64,000 nucleotides of DNA, taken from contig JBAZSZ010000002.1 of the NCBI GenBank assembly GCA_041662205.1, positions 27,957 through 91,956 of the forward strand. The letters run 5' to 3'. The DNA comes from Minisyncoccota bacterium (GTDB lineage Bacteria > Patescibacteriota > Minisyncoccia > Phycocordibacterales > UBA9973). How positions within the stretch are numbered: position 1 is the stretch's first letter; each line of letters begins with the position of its first letter. Below are positions 37,795 to 48,044 of this stretch, piece after piece. The translations under genes were made by a program, and so were the position numbers. The notes beneath the pieces are model-generated. The model searched no databases. It saw nothing but the letters and a program-made list of their open reading frames with translations, and was not told where the DNA came from.

Positions 37795-38274
37795 TTATAA
37801 AATCCCAAAAAGCGTTATCCCTAAAGCTACAGAAACATTTAGGGATTCTTTTTTGCCCCGCATGGGAATTTCAGCGATTATGTCGCATTTTTTAAGATTA
37901 ACTTTAGAAATTCCGGCTACCTCTTCCCCTACTAAAAATGCATTTTTATCTTTTATTTTTACTTTTTTATAATCAATAGAGTTTTTATTTTGCTCTATTC
38001 CAATAATCAAATATTTTTCTTTCTTTAATTTGGCTAAAAGTGGTGAAATATTTTTTTTCTGCTCCCAAGACACAAATTCTTCTGCCCCTAATGCTGATTT
38101 TGCTAAGTCTCCCCTTTTCCTCCCGAATCTATCCAGAGGCGTCGGTGTGTAACCCGTCAAATAGATCTTATCTATACCCGCCGCGTCAGCTGTCCGAAAC
38201 ATCGCTCCAACGTTCTCCACGCTTCGGATATTATGTAAGATTACTATATTCTCTTTTTGATTTTCTTTTTTCAT
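37795..38274 (-). CDS. SpoU/TrmH-family RNA 2'-O-methyltransferase
   Basis: SVENVGAMFRTADAAGIDKIYL...NVSVALGITLFG are the SPOUT motifs. Confidence 0.8.
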   Translation of the reverse strand: MKKENQKENIVILHNIRSVENVGAMFRTADAAGIDKIYLTGYTPTPLDRFGRKRGDLAKSALGAEEFVSWEQKKNISPLLAKLKKEKYLIIGIEQNKNSIDYKKVKIKDKNAFLVGEEVAGISKVNLKKCDIIAEIPMRGKKESLNVSVALGITLFGIL

Positions 38275-38292
38275 TATTTTCTACATTTATTT

Positions 38293-39498
38293 TTATAAAA
38301 AGTTTTTATTCCGCATATTTTTGTGATACGCGATGGCAAATCTATGTGCTTCACTGTTCGCTAATAGAATTTCCCTTTTATATTTTAATCCAAAATCCCT
38401 ATCTCCCATGATGGCTTTCGGTTTATGGCGTTCATCTTTAACTACAGAAACTACAGGGATATTTATACCCATTTTTTTTAATATATTTTTTACTACATTT
38501 ATTTGCGCCACACCACCATCTACAACTATTAAATTTGGGAACATCCATTCTCTGTGAATTAACCTCCTTTCTAAAACTTCCGCCAGCGCACCAGTATCAT
38601 TTGCTTTATTCTGAGTCTTGATCTTAAATTTTCTATATTCATTCTTTGCCACTTCTCCGTCTTCTAAAACTGTCATTACCCCAACCATATTTTTACCAGC
38701 CATATGAGCTATATCATAAGATTCAATTCTAAAATTCCCCCTCTCCTTGATAAGGAGAGGGTTGGGGTGAGGTGAATTTTTTATCAACGCTACATCATTT
38801 ATGTGCTGCAAGGCGAAGAGTTGTTTTTTTAATTCTTGTGCTTTCTCAAATTCTTTCTCTTTTGCTTTTTGCATCATCAATTTTTTCAAATCCTTTACAA
38901 TATCTTTCTTTTTACCATTAAAGAAAAGTTTCAAATATTTAATATTGTCCAAATAAATTTTACTCGGAGACAATGCATCTGGAGTTAATCCAAGTTGCTT
39001 ATAAAATTCATAATTTTGTTTTTTACTAGATTTATCATCAATGAAAGGAAAAATTTTACGTAAAATTTTTAATGCCTCATGCAACTGTGTACCGCTAGTA
39101 AATGGACCGAAGATACTACCTTTGTAATTTTTTAAAACTCTGCCTCTGACTACCAATACCCTTGGTAATTTCTCTTTTGTAATACAAACATAATTAAAAC
39201 TTTTATCATCTTTTTCTTTCGTATTGTAATATGGCTGATATTTTTTTATCAGATTCGCTTCTAAAATAATTGCTTCTAAAACAGAGTCAGTGACTTCCCA
39301 TTTTATATTATCTGATTTAAAAACCATATCTAAAACAAGCGGACCTCTGGTATTTATTAAGTCCTTACTAAAATAACTCTTTATGCGATCTCGTAGAGAC
39401 GTCGCTTTACCAATATATAAAATCTTCTTATTTTTTAAAAAAAAATATACACCGGGTTTATCTGGTAATTTCAATTTTTTTAATGTACCTATTTCCAT
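38293..39498 (-). CDS. uvrC: Excinuclease ABC subunit C, short form lacking the C-terminal HhH
   Basis: GIY-YIG N-terminus (KPGVYFFLKNKKILYIGKATSLRDR), a UVR-like helix pair and the UvrC RNase-H-like endonuclease domain (LIVVDGGVAQ). Confidence 0.8.
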   Translation of the reverse strand: MEIGTLKKLKLPDKPGVYFFLKNKKILYIGKATSLRDRIKSYFSKDLINTRGPLVLDMVFKSDNIKWEVTDSVLEAIILEANLIKKYQPYYNTKEKDDKSFNYVCITKEKLPRVLVVRGRVLKNYKGSIFGPFTSGTQLHEALKILRKIFPFIDDKSSKKQNYEFYKQLGLTPDALSPSKIYLDNIKYLKLFFNGKKKDIVKDLKKLMMQKAKEKEFEKAQELKKQLFALQHINDVALIKNSPHPNPLLIKERGNFRIESYDIAHMAGKNMVGVMTVLEDGEVAKNEYRKFKIKTQNKANDTGALAEVLERRLIHREWMFPNLIVVDGGVAQINVVKNILKKMGINIPVVSVVKDERHKPKAIMGDRDFGLKYKREILLANSEAHRFAIAYHKNMRNKNFL

Positions 39499-39504
39499 AT
39501 AATT

Positions 39505-42156
39505 TTATCTTTTCAACACTCTTTTAAGATATTTTCCAGTATAACTCTTTGCATTGTTCGCTATTTCTTCAGGCGTACCTTTGGCAACAATCTTGCCTCC
39601 ATTTACTCCACCCTCTGGGCCAATGTCTATAATATAGTCGGAGCTTTTTACAATATCAAGATTATGTTCAATCAAAACGATAGTATTCCCATGAGATACT
39701 AATTTATTTAAAACTTCCAAAAGTTTTTGCACATCATCATAATGAAGCCCCACGGTCGGCTCATCTAAAAGATAAATTGTTTTTTCTAAATGCGGTCGAT
39801 AAAGCTCACTACTAATTTTTACCCGTTGCGCTTCCCCTCCAGAGAGCGTGGTAGCTGATTGTCCGAGCTCTAAATAACCAAGGCCTACATCAGATAGAGT
39901 TTGAAGCCTGTCAGAAATTGCGGGAATATCTTTAAAAAAGATTAACCCATTTTCTACAGTCATGTGTAACACTTCATAAATATTTTTTTTCTTATATTTT
40001 ACAGTAAGCGTCTCTTTGTCAAAACGTTTTCCATTACAAACATCACAAGTCACATAAACTGTGGGTAAAAAATGCATTTCAACGGCTATTTCCCCATTAC
40101 CCTCGCAAGCTTCACATCGTCCGCCTTTTACATTAAAAGAAAAACGATTCGCTTTCCAGCCTCGCAAACGAGCTTCTTCTGTAGAAGCAAAAAGGTCCCG
40201 AATGTGCGTAAAAGCACCAGTATAAGTGACAATGTTTGAGCGTGGGGTCCTGCCAATCGGCGACTGATCAATTAAAATGACTCTTGATAAATATTCAGTT
40301 CCAGAAAAAGAAGAACAATTAAATATTTTTGCCGTACGATATTTTCTTTCAAAACGGGCTTGAAGATTTTTATAAAGAATCTCATACATTAGAGAACTTT
40401 TTCCAGAACCAGAAACTCCAGTAATAGAGGTCATCACTCCGAGTGGCACTTCTACATTTAAATTATTTATATTAAAAATATTTCCGCCTACTATGCGAAG
40501 TACGCCTTTCGGATGGCGTCGCTTATTTGGAATTTCTATTCTAGTTTCATCCCGCAAGTAACTAAGCGTACGAGAATTATTCGTATTCTTTTTTGCAGTT
40601 AATAAATCTTCAAGATAACCAGAAACAATAACTTCTCCGCCGTGCACTCCAGCCTTAGGGCCGATATCCACTATAAAATCCGAAGCATAAATAGTATCTT
40701 CGTCGTGTTCTACAATTAAGATGGTATTACCAAGATCACGCAAGTTTTGAAGGGTTTTAATCAAGCGATCATTGTCTCTTTGATGAAGTCCGATAGTCGG
40801 CTCATCTAACACATAAAGCGCACCGACGAGCCTAGAGCCAAGCTGAGAAGCTAAGCGTATACGTTGCGCTTCTCCACCAGAGAGAGTGTTTGCCTTGCGA
40901 GATAATTGCAAATAATCTAAACCCACATCCAGCATAAATTGGAGCCTGGCTTCTATCTCCTTTACCACTGGCACAGATATTTCTTTCTCTTGTTCTGAAA
41001 GTTTTAAGTTTTTAAAAAAATCGTGCGCATCTTTTATGGAAAGAGAAGATAATTCTAAAATATTTACCTTCCCCGAAACCAGGTTTAGGGACTTTTGTTT
41101 TTTGCTATCTGCCCCTAAACCTGGTTTCGGGGAAATAGAAGAATACAAAAACACATTTAGCGCTTCAGGACGTAATCGCGCTCCATGACAAACTTCACAT
41201 GGTTCATCTCCCATAAAATATTTTGAACCAAGACCGTTACATTCCGGACAGGCACCATAAGGTGAATTAAAAGAAAATAATCTAGGCTCTACTTCTGGAA
41301 AAGAAAAACCATCATTCTTGCAAGCAAATTTTGATGACATTATAAACTCTTCAGCACCAATCTTTATAGCTACCAAACCATCTGATTCAAGAAGTGCCCG
41401 TTCTAGAGCTTCAGCAAGGCGCATTCTACTATTATCTTTATTATCTTCAAACTCATGTACTGCAAAATGATCAACAAGAATATCAATATTGTGAGCTTTG
41501 TTTTTTGAAAGAGTTATTTGTTCGCGAAGCTTTTTCATTACCCCATCAAGACGAATTTCTGCAAAACCTTTTCCAAGTAAATCATAAAGTAATTGATAAT
41601 ATTCGCCCTTTCGTCCGCGCACTATCGGGGAAAAAATACTTATTTCAGTTTCATCCCATTCTACTCCCATAACTTTTTTATTTTTCTTAGAATTTTTACC
41701 TAAGGTATTAATTTTTTCTAAAACAAAATTTAAAATTTCTTCGTTAGAAAGTTTTTTAATTTCCTCACCGCACAAAGGACAATGCGGGTGCCCAATGCGT
41801 GCATACATCACTCGCAGGTAATCATAGATTTCTGTAATCGTCGCCACTGTCGAGCGTGGATTGTTTGAACGAGATTTTTGGTCAATCGAAATTGCTGGTG
41901 AAAGACCTGTGATCTCATCCACGTTAGGCTTTGGCATTTGATTCAAAAATTGTCGAGCATAAGAAGAAAGAGATTCCACATATCGGCGTTGACCTTCAGC
42001 AAAAATGGTATCAAAAGCCAGAGACGATTTTCCGGAACCAGAAACCCCAGTAATGGCTATCATCTTGTTACGTGGCATTTCCAATGAAATATTCTTCAGA
42101 TTATGCGTCCGTGCCCCTTTAACTATTATTTTATCTATATTTTGTTGATTTTTCAT
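39505..42156 (-). CDS. uvrA: Excinuclease ABC subunit A
   Basis: Two ABC ATPase modules, zinc fingers ([25 protein letters not shown]) and conserved UvrA signatures throughout. Confidence 0.95.
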   Translation of the reverse strand: MKNQQNIDKIIVKGARTHNLKNISLEMPRNKMIAITGVSGSGKSSLAFDTIFAEGQRRYVESLSSYARQFLNQMPKPNVDEITGLSPAISIDQKSRSNNPRSTVATITEIYDYLRVMYARIGHPHCPLCGEEIKKLSNEEILNFVLEKINTLGKNSKKNKKVMGVEWDETEISIFSPIVRGRKGEYYQLLYDLLGKGFAEIRLDGVMKKLREQITLSKNKAHNIDILVDHFAVHEFEDNKDNSRMRLAEALERALLESDGLVAIKIGAEEFIMSSKFACKNDGFSFPEVEPRLFSFNSPYGACPECNGLGSKYFMGDEPCEVCHGARLRPEALNVFLYSSISPKPGLGADSKKQKSLNLVSGKVNILELSSLSIKDAHDFFKNLKLSEQEKEISVPVVKEIEARLQFMLDVGLDYLQLSRKANTLSGGEAQRIRLASQLGSRLVGALYVLDEPTIGLHQRDNDRLIKTLQNLRDLGNTILIVEHDEDTIYASDFIVDIGPKAGVHGGEVIVSGYLEDLLTAKKNTNNSRTLSYLRDETRIEIPNKRRHPKGVLRIVGGNIFNINNLNVEVPLGVMTSITGVSGSGKSSLMYEILYKNLQARFERKYRTAKIFNCSSFSGTEYLSRVILIDQSPIGRTPRSNIVTYTGAFTHIRDLFASTEEARLRGWKANRFSFNVKGGRCEACEGNGEIAVEMHFLPTVYVTCDVCNGKRFDKETLTVKYKKKNIYEVLHMTVENGLIFFKDIPAISDRLQTLSDVGLGYLELGQSATTLSGGEAQRVKISSELYRPHLEKTIYLLDEPTVGLHYDDVQKLLEVLNKLVSHGNTIVLIEHNLDIVKSSDYIIDIGPEGGVNGGKIVAKGTPEEIANNAKSYTGKYLKRVLKR
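41067..41136. repeat. ~70-bp palindromic element inserted in frame in uvrA
   Basis: Inverted repeats ttccccgaaaccaggtttaggg(ac) and (g)cccctaaacctggtttcggggaa flank a T-rich spacer. It encodes an extra [21 protein letters not shown] segment. E. coli UvrA has no such stretch after ARLRxEA. Confidence 0.65.
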
Positions 42157-42266
42157 TTAAATTTATCTATATAACAGTTAATACACCCACCAATGTTCAT
42201 AGGGGGTGTCAATGACTTTCTTTATAATATTAAGTAAGAATATTATAACACAAAATAGTAAAAATA

Positions 42267-43343
42267 CTAATTATTTTGGTATGGAGTATATTCTATTTCA
42301 AAACCAAGCTTGGCAGCTTCCGTTTTATATTTTTCTATTAAATCATCGAGTGTTTGGGTCTTTTTATAATCAGAACCTGCTCTAGTATAACTACTAATTT
42401 TATAACCAGTTTCATTTATCCCATTCATTCCCTCAATAGTTTGAATGTATTGTTTAGAAATTTTCTCAAGTTCTACCATTGCAACTTTTTCCAGCTTTTC
42501 GCCCAAGGCATGAGTCTCTGGATTTTGTTTTAAAATTTGCATAATTTTTTCCTGATGAATACCAATTGCATATTTTTTAAATAATTCTTTTTCTTCATTT
42601 GAAAAAGACTCAGTGATTTTAGTACCTATTTCAGGAATTTTTTCAATCAGTTCTTTGTATTTCTTAAACGTCTCAGTATTTTTATCACTTACTCTGTATT
42701 CCCAGACACCAGTTGCATCAAAAACTTTTCCATTTATTTTTATTTCTTTCTCTTCAAGAGAACGGAAAATCTGGGCCATGCCCTGAAAATCAACAATACT
42801 TGGTGCCATTGGGGGTGGTTGTAATTCACCTGACTGCATCTTTTTTATTTCTTCATCATCATATCCAACACTTGAATAAACAGAAATTGGATGTGTGTGA
42901 GTTAAAAATACATCTTTAATTTTTTGTTCTTCACAAAATTTTTCTATTTCTTCTAAAGGAACTACCCCATTATCTCCATTATTTTTAAAATCATTTGGTG
43001 TAAAATAGGAATCTTCATTTTCCTTACTCAAAAAAGCCTTCTCATTTTTATCTAAAAAAACAAAACCTTTTATGATTTCAGAATTTACTGGTAAATTTTC
43101 TTTATTACTTACAGTAGCGGGTGTTTCTATAGAAACAGTAGATGAAATATTCCCTCTGTTATTTTCTCCGGGTTCTTTTGCTGTACCACTCTCCACTTGT
43201 TGTCCAGCTGCCTCACCCAAAGAACCATAAGTTAATAAAGCACTAATTAGACTAGCTCTAAGAAATTTTTTTACTGTTTCTGATATGCTCAAAGAATTTT
43301 CTGGTTTTTTTATTGGTTTTATTACAGGGAATCCTTCATTCAT
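42267..43343 (-). CDS. Hypothetical secreted/membrane-anchored protein between uvrA and uvrB, with a possible JAMM-like HxHP..S..D motif
   Basis: N-terminal hydrophobic segment and a low-complexity linker. The segment FLTHTHPISVYSSVGYDDEE resembles the HxHPx5-6Sx2-3D pattern of JAMM/MPN/RadC proteins. Confidence 0.5.
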   Translation of the reverse strand: MNEGFPVIKPIKKPENSLSISETVKKFLRASLISALLTYGSLGEAAGQQVESGTAKEPGENNRGNISSTVSIETPATVSNKENLPVNSEIIKGFVFLDKNEKAFLSKENEDSYFTPNDFKNNGDNGVVPLEEIEKFCEEQKIKDVFLTHTHPISVYSSVGYDDEEIKKMQSGELQPPPMAPSIVDFQGMAQIFRSLEEKEIKINGKVFDATGVWEYRVSDKNTETFKKYKELIEKIPEIGTKITESFSNEEKELFKKYAIGIHQEKIMQILKQNPETHALGEKLEKVAMVELEKISKQYIQTIEGMNGINETGYKISSYTRAGSDYKKTQTLDDLIEKYKTEAAKLGFEIEYTPYQNN

Positions 43344-43372
43344 CTAATAAATATACCATAAATAATAAGTTA

Positions 43373-45679
43373 CTATTTCTTTTCCAATTTCAAACGAAGT
43401 ACTCCAATTTCGTCTCTTAAGATCGCCGCTGTTTCAAAATCTAACTCTTTTACCGCTTTATTCATTTCTTTTTCCTTCATTTTAATTATTTTTTCGTAAA
43501 TTAAATTACCAATTTCTTCATCAGATAAATAAGACTGTCCAAGACTGGTGTTTGGTATTTTTTTATTAATTTTTTTATCTTTTTTAAATTCTTTCGCATA
43601 AGCCCGCTTGAAAACTTCTAGATCAAGCTTGAGTTCCGCATTCACCACTTTGCCATGCTCACTCTCCATTTCTTCAGTAATGTCTTTTATCTTTTTTATA
43701 ATTGTTTTCGGAGTAATGCCATGCTTTTTGTTATAAGCAAGCTGAATGTTTCTACGACGAGCAGTTTCCTTTAGAGCATAATCCATTGCTCCCGTCATGA
43801 TATCAGCATAGAGAATAACCTTTCCCTCACTATTGCGAGCTGCGCGACCAATAGTTTGGATTAAGGATGTTTCGGATCGTAAAAATCCAGCTTTATCAGC
43901 ATCCAAAATTCCAATCAGAGCAACTTCTGGCAAATCGAGCCCTTCACGCAACAGATTAACTCCGACCAAAACATCAAATTCTCCTTTTCGAAACTGAGTC
44001 AGAATTTTAATTCTATCCATCGTCTTTATATCACTATGTAAATATTCTGCTTTTATTTTTTTATCCTTCAGATAAACAGAAAGGTCTTCTGCCATTTTTT
44101 TTGTTAGTGTTGTAGCCAACACTCTGAAACCTTTTTTAATTGTTTTTTCTGTTTCACTTATAAAGTCTTGAATTTGACCAGGGTAGTGCTCAAGATGATG
44201 CTCAGAGGAGTATTCGCTACGACCAGAAAGAACTTTCCCTTCCAAGATAGAGTGCGAACGACGGCGAGTATCATCTTGAGCGCTACCTTCAGAAACGGGA
44301 CGAACTATGGTTTCTGGATCTACCAGTCCGGTTGGGCGAATTATTTGTTCTACTATTTGTTCGCTTTCTTTTCTTTCCACATCACTCGGGGTCGCACTCG
44401 TATAAATCACTGGACCAATTCGTTCTTGAAATTCCTTATATTTAAGTGGTCTATTGTCTTTGGCTGAAGGTAAACGAAAACCATATTCGACAAGAGTGTT
44501 TTTACGTGAAGCATCACCAGCGTACATTCCATTTAATTGAGGCAAAGTAACATGCGATTCATCAATAATGGTAAGGAAATCTGGAACATACTCAGAGGAG
44601 TATTCGCTACGACCAGAAAGAACTTTCCCTTCCAAGATAGAGTGCGAACGACGGCGAGCATGTTCCTGGTTTTCTACATGGGGGAAATAAGACAACAATG
44701 TCTCTGGCGGTTCACCTTCTTCTTTTCCAGATAAATGCCTAGAATAATTTTCTATCCCATTACAATATCCAACTTCTTTTATCATCGCTAAATCATAATT
44801 TGTCCTCCTTTTTATGCGCTCAGCTTCTAAAAGTTTTCCTTCTTTTTCAAATTTCTTTAACTGCTGTGCCAATTCTTTTTTAATTTCAATAAGCGCTTTT
44901 TTCTTTTTTACATCTTCTGTAATAAAATGCTTTGCTGGAAAAATAAAAATATTTTTTTCTTCTCTAATTATGCGCGAAGAAGTTGGATCAACTTTTGTTA
45001 TTTTTGAAATGCTCCCGCCAAGCATTTCAACCTGGTACATAACACTTTCAGACACTGGCATAAATTCTACCCGAGAACCAATAGAGCGAAAAGTTCCCGG
45101 ACTGAGGTCTGCATTAGTACGTTCAAAATAAATACTAATTAATTTTTTCATTAAAGTAAGGCGATCTATTTTCATTCCTATCTCAAGTTTTAAATTAACT
45201 TTTTCATATTCTTCTGGAGAACCCAAACCATAAATACAGGAAACTGAAGCTACTATTATCACATCCCGTCTTGTTAAAAGTGCTTGGGTGGAAGCATGAC
45301 GAAGCATATCTATTTCTTTATTTATAGATGCATCTTTCTCAATATAAGTATCTGAAGCGGGCACATAAGCTTCTGGTTGATAATAATCATAATAAGAAAC
45401 AAAATAATTCACCGCGGAATCTGGAAAAAATTCTCGAAACTCTTGCGCTAGCTGAGCGGCGAGAGTTTTGTTGTGGGCGATCACTAAAGTCGGTTTATTG
45501 TACTGCGCTATCACGTTCGCCATAGTAAAAGTCTTGCCTGTGCCTGTAGCTCCTAGGAGTGTCTGCTTCTTCATCCCCTTAGACAGGCCTTGCACTAATG
45601 CTGAAATAGCCTCGGGCTGATCTCCGGCAGGCTCAAAAGGTTTATGTAATTTAAAGATACTTCCTTGATTTTTCAACAT
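43373..45679 (-). CDS. uvrB: Excinuclease ABC subunit B, with two in-frame repeat insertions
   Basis: Conserved GDQPEAI, GATGTGKTFTMAN and DESH motifs plus a C-terminal UVR domain. At 768 aa it is longer than typical UvrB (~660-670 aa). Confidence 0.95.
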   Translation of the reverse strand: MLKNQGSIFKLHKPFEPAGDQPEAISALVQGLSKGMKKQTLLGATGTGKTFTMANVIAQYNKPTLVIAHNKTLAAQLAQEFREFFPDSAVNYFVSYYDYYQPEAYVPASDTYIEKDASINKEIDMLRHASTQALLTRRDVIIVASVSCIYGLGSPEEYEKVNLKLEIGMKIDRLTLMKKLISIYFERTNADLSPGTFRSIGSRVEFMPVSESVMYQVEMLGGSISKITKVDPTSSRIIREEKNIFIFPAKHFITEDVKKKKALIEIKKELAQQLKKFEKEGKLLEAERIKRRTNYDLAMIKEVGYCNGIENYSRHLSGKEEGEPPETLLSYFPHVENQEHARRRSHSILEGKVLSGRSEYSSEYVPDFLTIIDESHVTLPQLNGMYAGDASRKNTLVEYGFRLPSAKDNRPLKYKEFQERIGPVIYTSATPSDVERKESEQIVEQIIRPTGLVDPETIVRPVSEGSAQDDTRRRSHSILEGKVLSGRSEYSSEHHLEHYPGQIQDFISETEKTIKKGFRVLATTLTKKMAEDLSVYLKDKKIKAEYLHSDIKTMDRIKILTQFRKGEFDVLVGVNLLREGLDLPEVALIGILDADKAGFLRSETSLIQTIGRAARNSEGKVILYADIMTGAMDYALKETARRRNIQLAYNKKHGITPKTIIKKIKDITEEMESEHGKVVNAELKLDLEVFKRAYAKEFKKDKKINKKIPNTSLGQSYLSDEEIGNLIYEKIIKMKEKEMNKAVKELDFETAAILRDEIGVLRLKLEKK
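44191..44278. repeat. In-frame palindromic element in uvrB, copy A
   Basis: The 68-bp core (ctcagaggagtattcgctacgaccagaaagaactttcccttccaagatagagtgcgaacgacggcgag) is identical to 44591-44658. Its flanks caagatgatg / tatcatcttg are mutually inverted. It encodes RRRSHSILEGKVLSGRSEYSSE. Confidence 0.7.
44581..44669. repeat. In-frame palindromic element in uvrB, copy B
   Basis: Same 68-bp core. Its flanks ctggaacata / catgttcctgg are mutually inverted, but they differ from the copy A flanks. Confidence 0.7.
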
Positions 45680-45722
45680 ATTTCTTATACTATCATAAGA
45701 TATTGATTTTTTAAGAAAATAT

Positions 45723-45795
45723 GCGCCCGTAGCTCAGCTGGTAGAGCAGATCCCTTTTAAGGATAAGGTCGTTGGTTCGATCCCAACCGGGCGCA
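45723..45795 (+). tRNA. tRNA-Lys (anticodon TTT)
   Basis: Acceptor GCGCCCG/CGGGCGC, anticodon stem GATCC/GGATA, loop CTTTTAA and a TTCGATC T-loop. Confidence 0.9.
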
Positions 45796-45805
45796 CAGCG
45801 TTAAA

Positions 45806-45836
45806 AAAATCTGCAGTAATGCAGATTTTTTTTGGG
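45806..45836. terminator. Bidirectional terminator after tRNA-Lys
   Basis: aaaaaaatctgcagtaatgcagatttttttt. Confidence 0.6.
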
Positions 45837-45846
45837 ATTATAAATA

Positions 45847-46212
45847 CTAAGCTTTAATTCTTTCTCTTAATATCAATGACAAATCAACTCTATCACATAT
45901 CTCCATAGCTTGGGCAGCTATTTCAAGGAGAGAATTAATATCCATCGGGTCTTCATCGATTAAACGACCCGCCTCAATAGAAATTTTGTCTAATTTTTTA
46001 ATTTTTAATTCGTCTTCTGTTGTCACCTTTTCTTTAAAAGGTACTCCAAAAACGGTATTGTTTGGATATTTATCAGAAAAACTTTTTGGTTTGCCTGGTT
46101 TTTCACTTATATGGTTGAGAAACATAAAAAACGAAATATACTCATTGGGATAATCACCCCTCATAAGTTCCGCCACACCATATCTTTTACTTTCGTAGGG
46201 TTTATTTTCCAT
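45847..46212 (-). CDS. Hypothetical protein
   Basis: 121 aa with no recognisable motif. It is the first gene of the islet next to tRNA-Lys. Confidence 0.4.
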   Translation of the reverse strand: MENKPYESKRYGVAELMRGDYPNEYISFFMFLNHISEKPGKPKSFSDKYPNNTVFGVPFKEKVTTEDELKIKKLDKISIEAGRLIDEDPMDINSLLEIAAQAMEICDRVDLSLILRERIKA

Positions 46213-46424
46213 GCCTTAATTATTAATCGATTATTGCTTACTAGATAATACCAAATTTTTTCTCCTTCTGTATAGCATTCAAAAAAAATCCTGTCGCACA
46301 AACTTTCCATATACGAACAGTCGAAGAAAATAGTTATAATGTTCTCCTGTTATTCGCACAACGTAAAGAAAAACAAAACCCCGCCTAGACGAGCTTGGGG
46401 CTTTGTCTAAAACGGGGTTGATAC

Positions 46425-46739
46425 TTAAGGCAACATTAATGCGATAGCCTTATCACATACCTCCCTACTTGTGTTAAGGATATTAATATAAAATATTTCC
46501 ATTCCTTTTGTAAAATCTTTTTTTACAGTTTCATTTAGAGGAACTAGGGGTTCCTCTTTTGAATAATCGGAAGATACAGAAATTCCAATTTTCAAAAAAC
46601 AAAAGCGGATTCCCTCGGCTGTTGCTTGGGCACTGTGTTGGCTCACAAAATCGTGGAAGCCCTTATATCCCCTGGTTCCATTTTTGTGAAGACATACAAA
46701 ATACTTTTTACCGTCATACCTGATTTCAATTCGCATCAT
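46425..46739 (-). CDS. Hypothetical protein
   Basis: 104 aa in a higher-GC context. It overlaps the plsY stop by 14 nt. Confidence 0.4.
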   Translation of the reverse strand: MMRIEIRYDGKKYFVCLHKNGTRGYKGFHDFVSQHSAQATAEGIRFCFLKIGISVSSDYSKEEPLVPLNETVKKDFTKGMEIFYINILNTSREVCDKAIALMLP

Positions 46740-47472
46740 TGATCTCCTTTTGTTCTTCAGGTTCTGTTCCCGCTCTTATACGAGCGATGTTTTCTAGGTG
46801 TAAGAATGTGATAAAAATTAATGAACTGAAACCTAGAATTTTGATCTCATATCCTCCGTCAAAGATTACCGCGAGCGAGGCAATGATTAAGCAAGCGGTT
46901 AATGAACGAACAGATGACATCCTGCAAAATCGAGCCAGCGGCATGGAGCGAAATTTTTTCCCATAAAGGGCAATCAGTACATAGCAAAGCAACGCTACGA
47001 GTGTAATTTTGGGAGCTATCACCAAGAATACTCCCAGAGATGTAGCAACTGCTTTTCCTCCGCGATGCCCCATGAGCAGATAAAAAAACGGGAACGCATG
47101 GCCTATCATAGCGAGAAAGCCAGATAGAGCAACTGCCCAGAGAGGAAAATGAAAAGCGAGTGCTCCAGCTACTACCATGGCTCCTTTTGTGGCATCTAGT
47201 AAAATTGTCAGAGCTTTACCTTTTCCTCCAACTCCAGCAACTCTCCCAACATTTGTTCCGCCAGGGCTGTGACTTCCGCATCTGAAGAGATAAAAGATGC
47301 TTACCTTTTCACCGTGTTTGCGTTTGAACCACCAAACGACAATGGGCCCCCAGAGGAACGAGCCAAGTGTATAACTCACCCACCACCACAACAAAAACAA
47401 CCCCCATGAATCAGAAATCAAACGTGAGCTTTCCATCATTACTCCTTTCGTAAGGTTATGTGCAAATTGCAC
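46726..47472 (-). CDS. plsY: Glycerol-3-phosphate acyltransferase PlsY
   Basis: GSHSPGGTNVGRVAGVGGKGKALTILLDATKG...HAFPFF are PlsY signatures. There is an N-terminal extension, and GC is higher than in the surroundings. Confidence 0.75.
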   Translation of the reverse strand: MQFAHNLTKGVMMESSRLISDSWGLFLLWWWVSYTLGSFLWGPIVVWWFKRKHGEKVSIFYLFRCGSHSPGGTNVGRVAGVGGKGKALTILLDATKGAMVVAGALAFHFPLWAVALSGFLAMIGHAFPFFYLLMGHRGGKAVATSLGVFLVIAPKITLVALLCYVLIALYGKKFRSMPLARFCRMSSVRSLTACLIIASLAVIFDGGYEIKILGFSSLIFITFLHLENIARIRAGTEPEEQKEINDAN

Positions 47473-47675
47473 GGGTTTATATATGAAAAGAACTACACCT
47501 GTTTAGCATAATCTAGCAACAATGGTGGTTTTGTCAAACATTTATTTCAAGCACACTTCGACTCATTACATTCGCTCAGTGTAAACAGAAACAATGAAAG
47601 GCAGTTCACATATTGTGCTCTGCCTTTTTTTTAATTGGGAAAACAAATTGGCTATTTGCTCCCCGTCGTGATTGT

Positions 47676-48044
47676 TTAAGATACCTGGAAACTCTCGAAC
47701 TCAGATTCGGGAGAGCTATTCTGCGTCAGCATCCTGTCGACGAAATCATCGTACTTCTTCATGAAATCGTCATAAGACATCTCCTGACAAGAAACTCCCG
47801 TCAGGTTAGTGTCTCTGCTATAGCAGGCGACGTAAATTTTTCCTGCCTTTTCGGTCCAGTCTCCGCCTTTTGCTAAGTCCTCCTCACTGTGAACATATGC
47901 CCTCTCAATACCAAGCTGGTTTGGACCTACCTTTGAACCGCGAGTGCTGTGTTTTACGAATCTTTTTCCTCTACTGAGAAAACGATTACCTTTCCCATCC
48001 ATTTGGACGACGTAACCTGCGACTAATACTGAAACTTTTGTCAT
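47676..48044 (-). CDS. Hypothetical protein
   Basis: 122 aa and soluble, in a higher-GC context. Confidence 0.4.
   Translation of the reverse strand: MTKVSVLVAGYVVQMDGKGNRFLSRGKRFVKHSTRGSKVGPNQLGIERAYVHSEEDLAKGGDWTEKAGKIYVACYSRDTNLTGVSCQEMSYDDFMKKYDDFVDRMLTQNSSPESEFESFQVS

Noticed and set aside
37701-37895. 64-aa plus-strand ORF
   Set aside because: It starts inside the GC-rich repeated 75-nt element, which is non-coding in its other copy, and runs into the convergent gene's terminator region.
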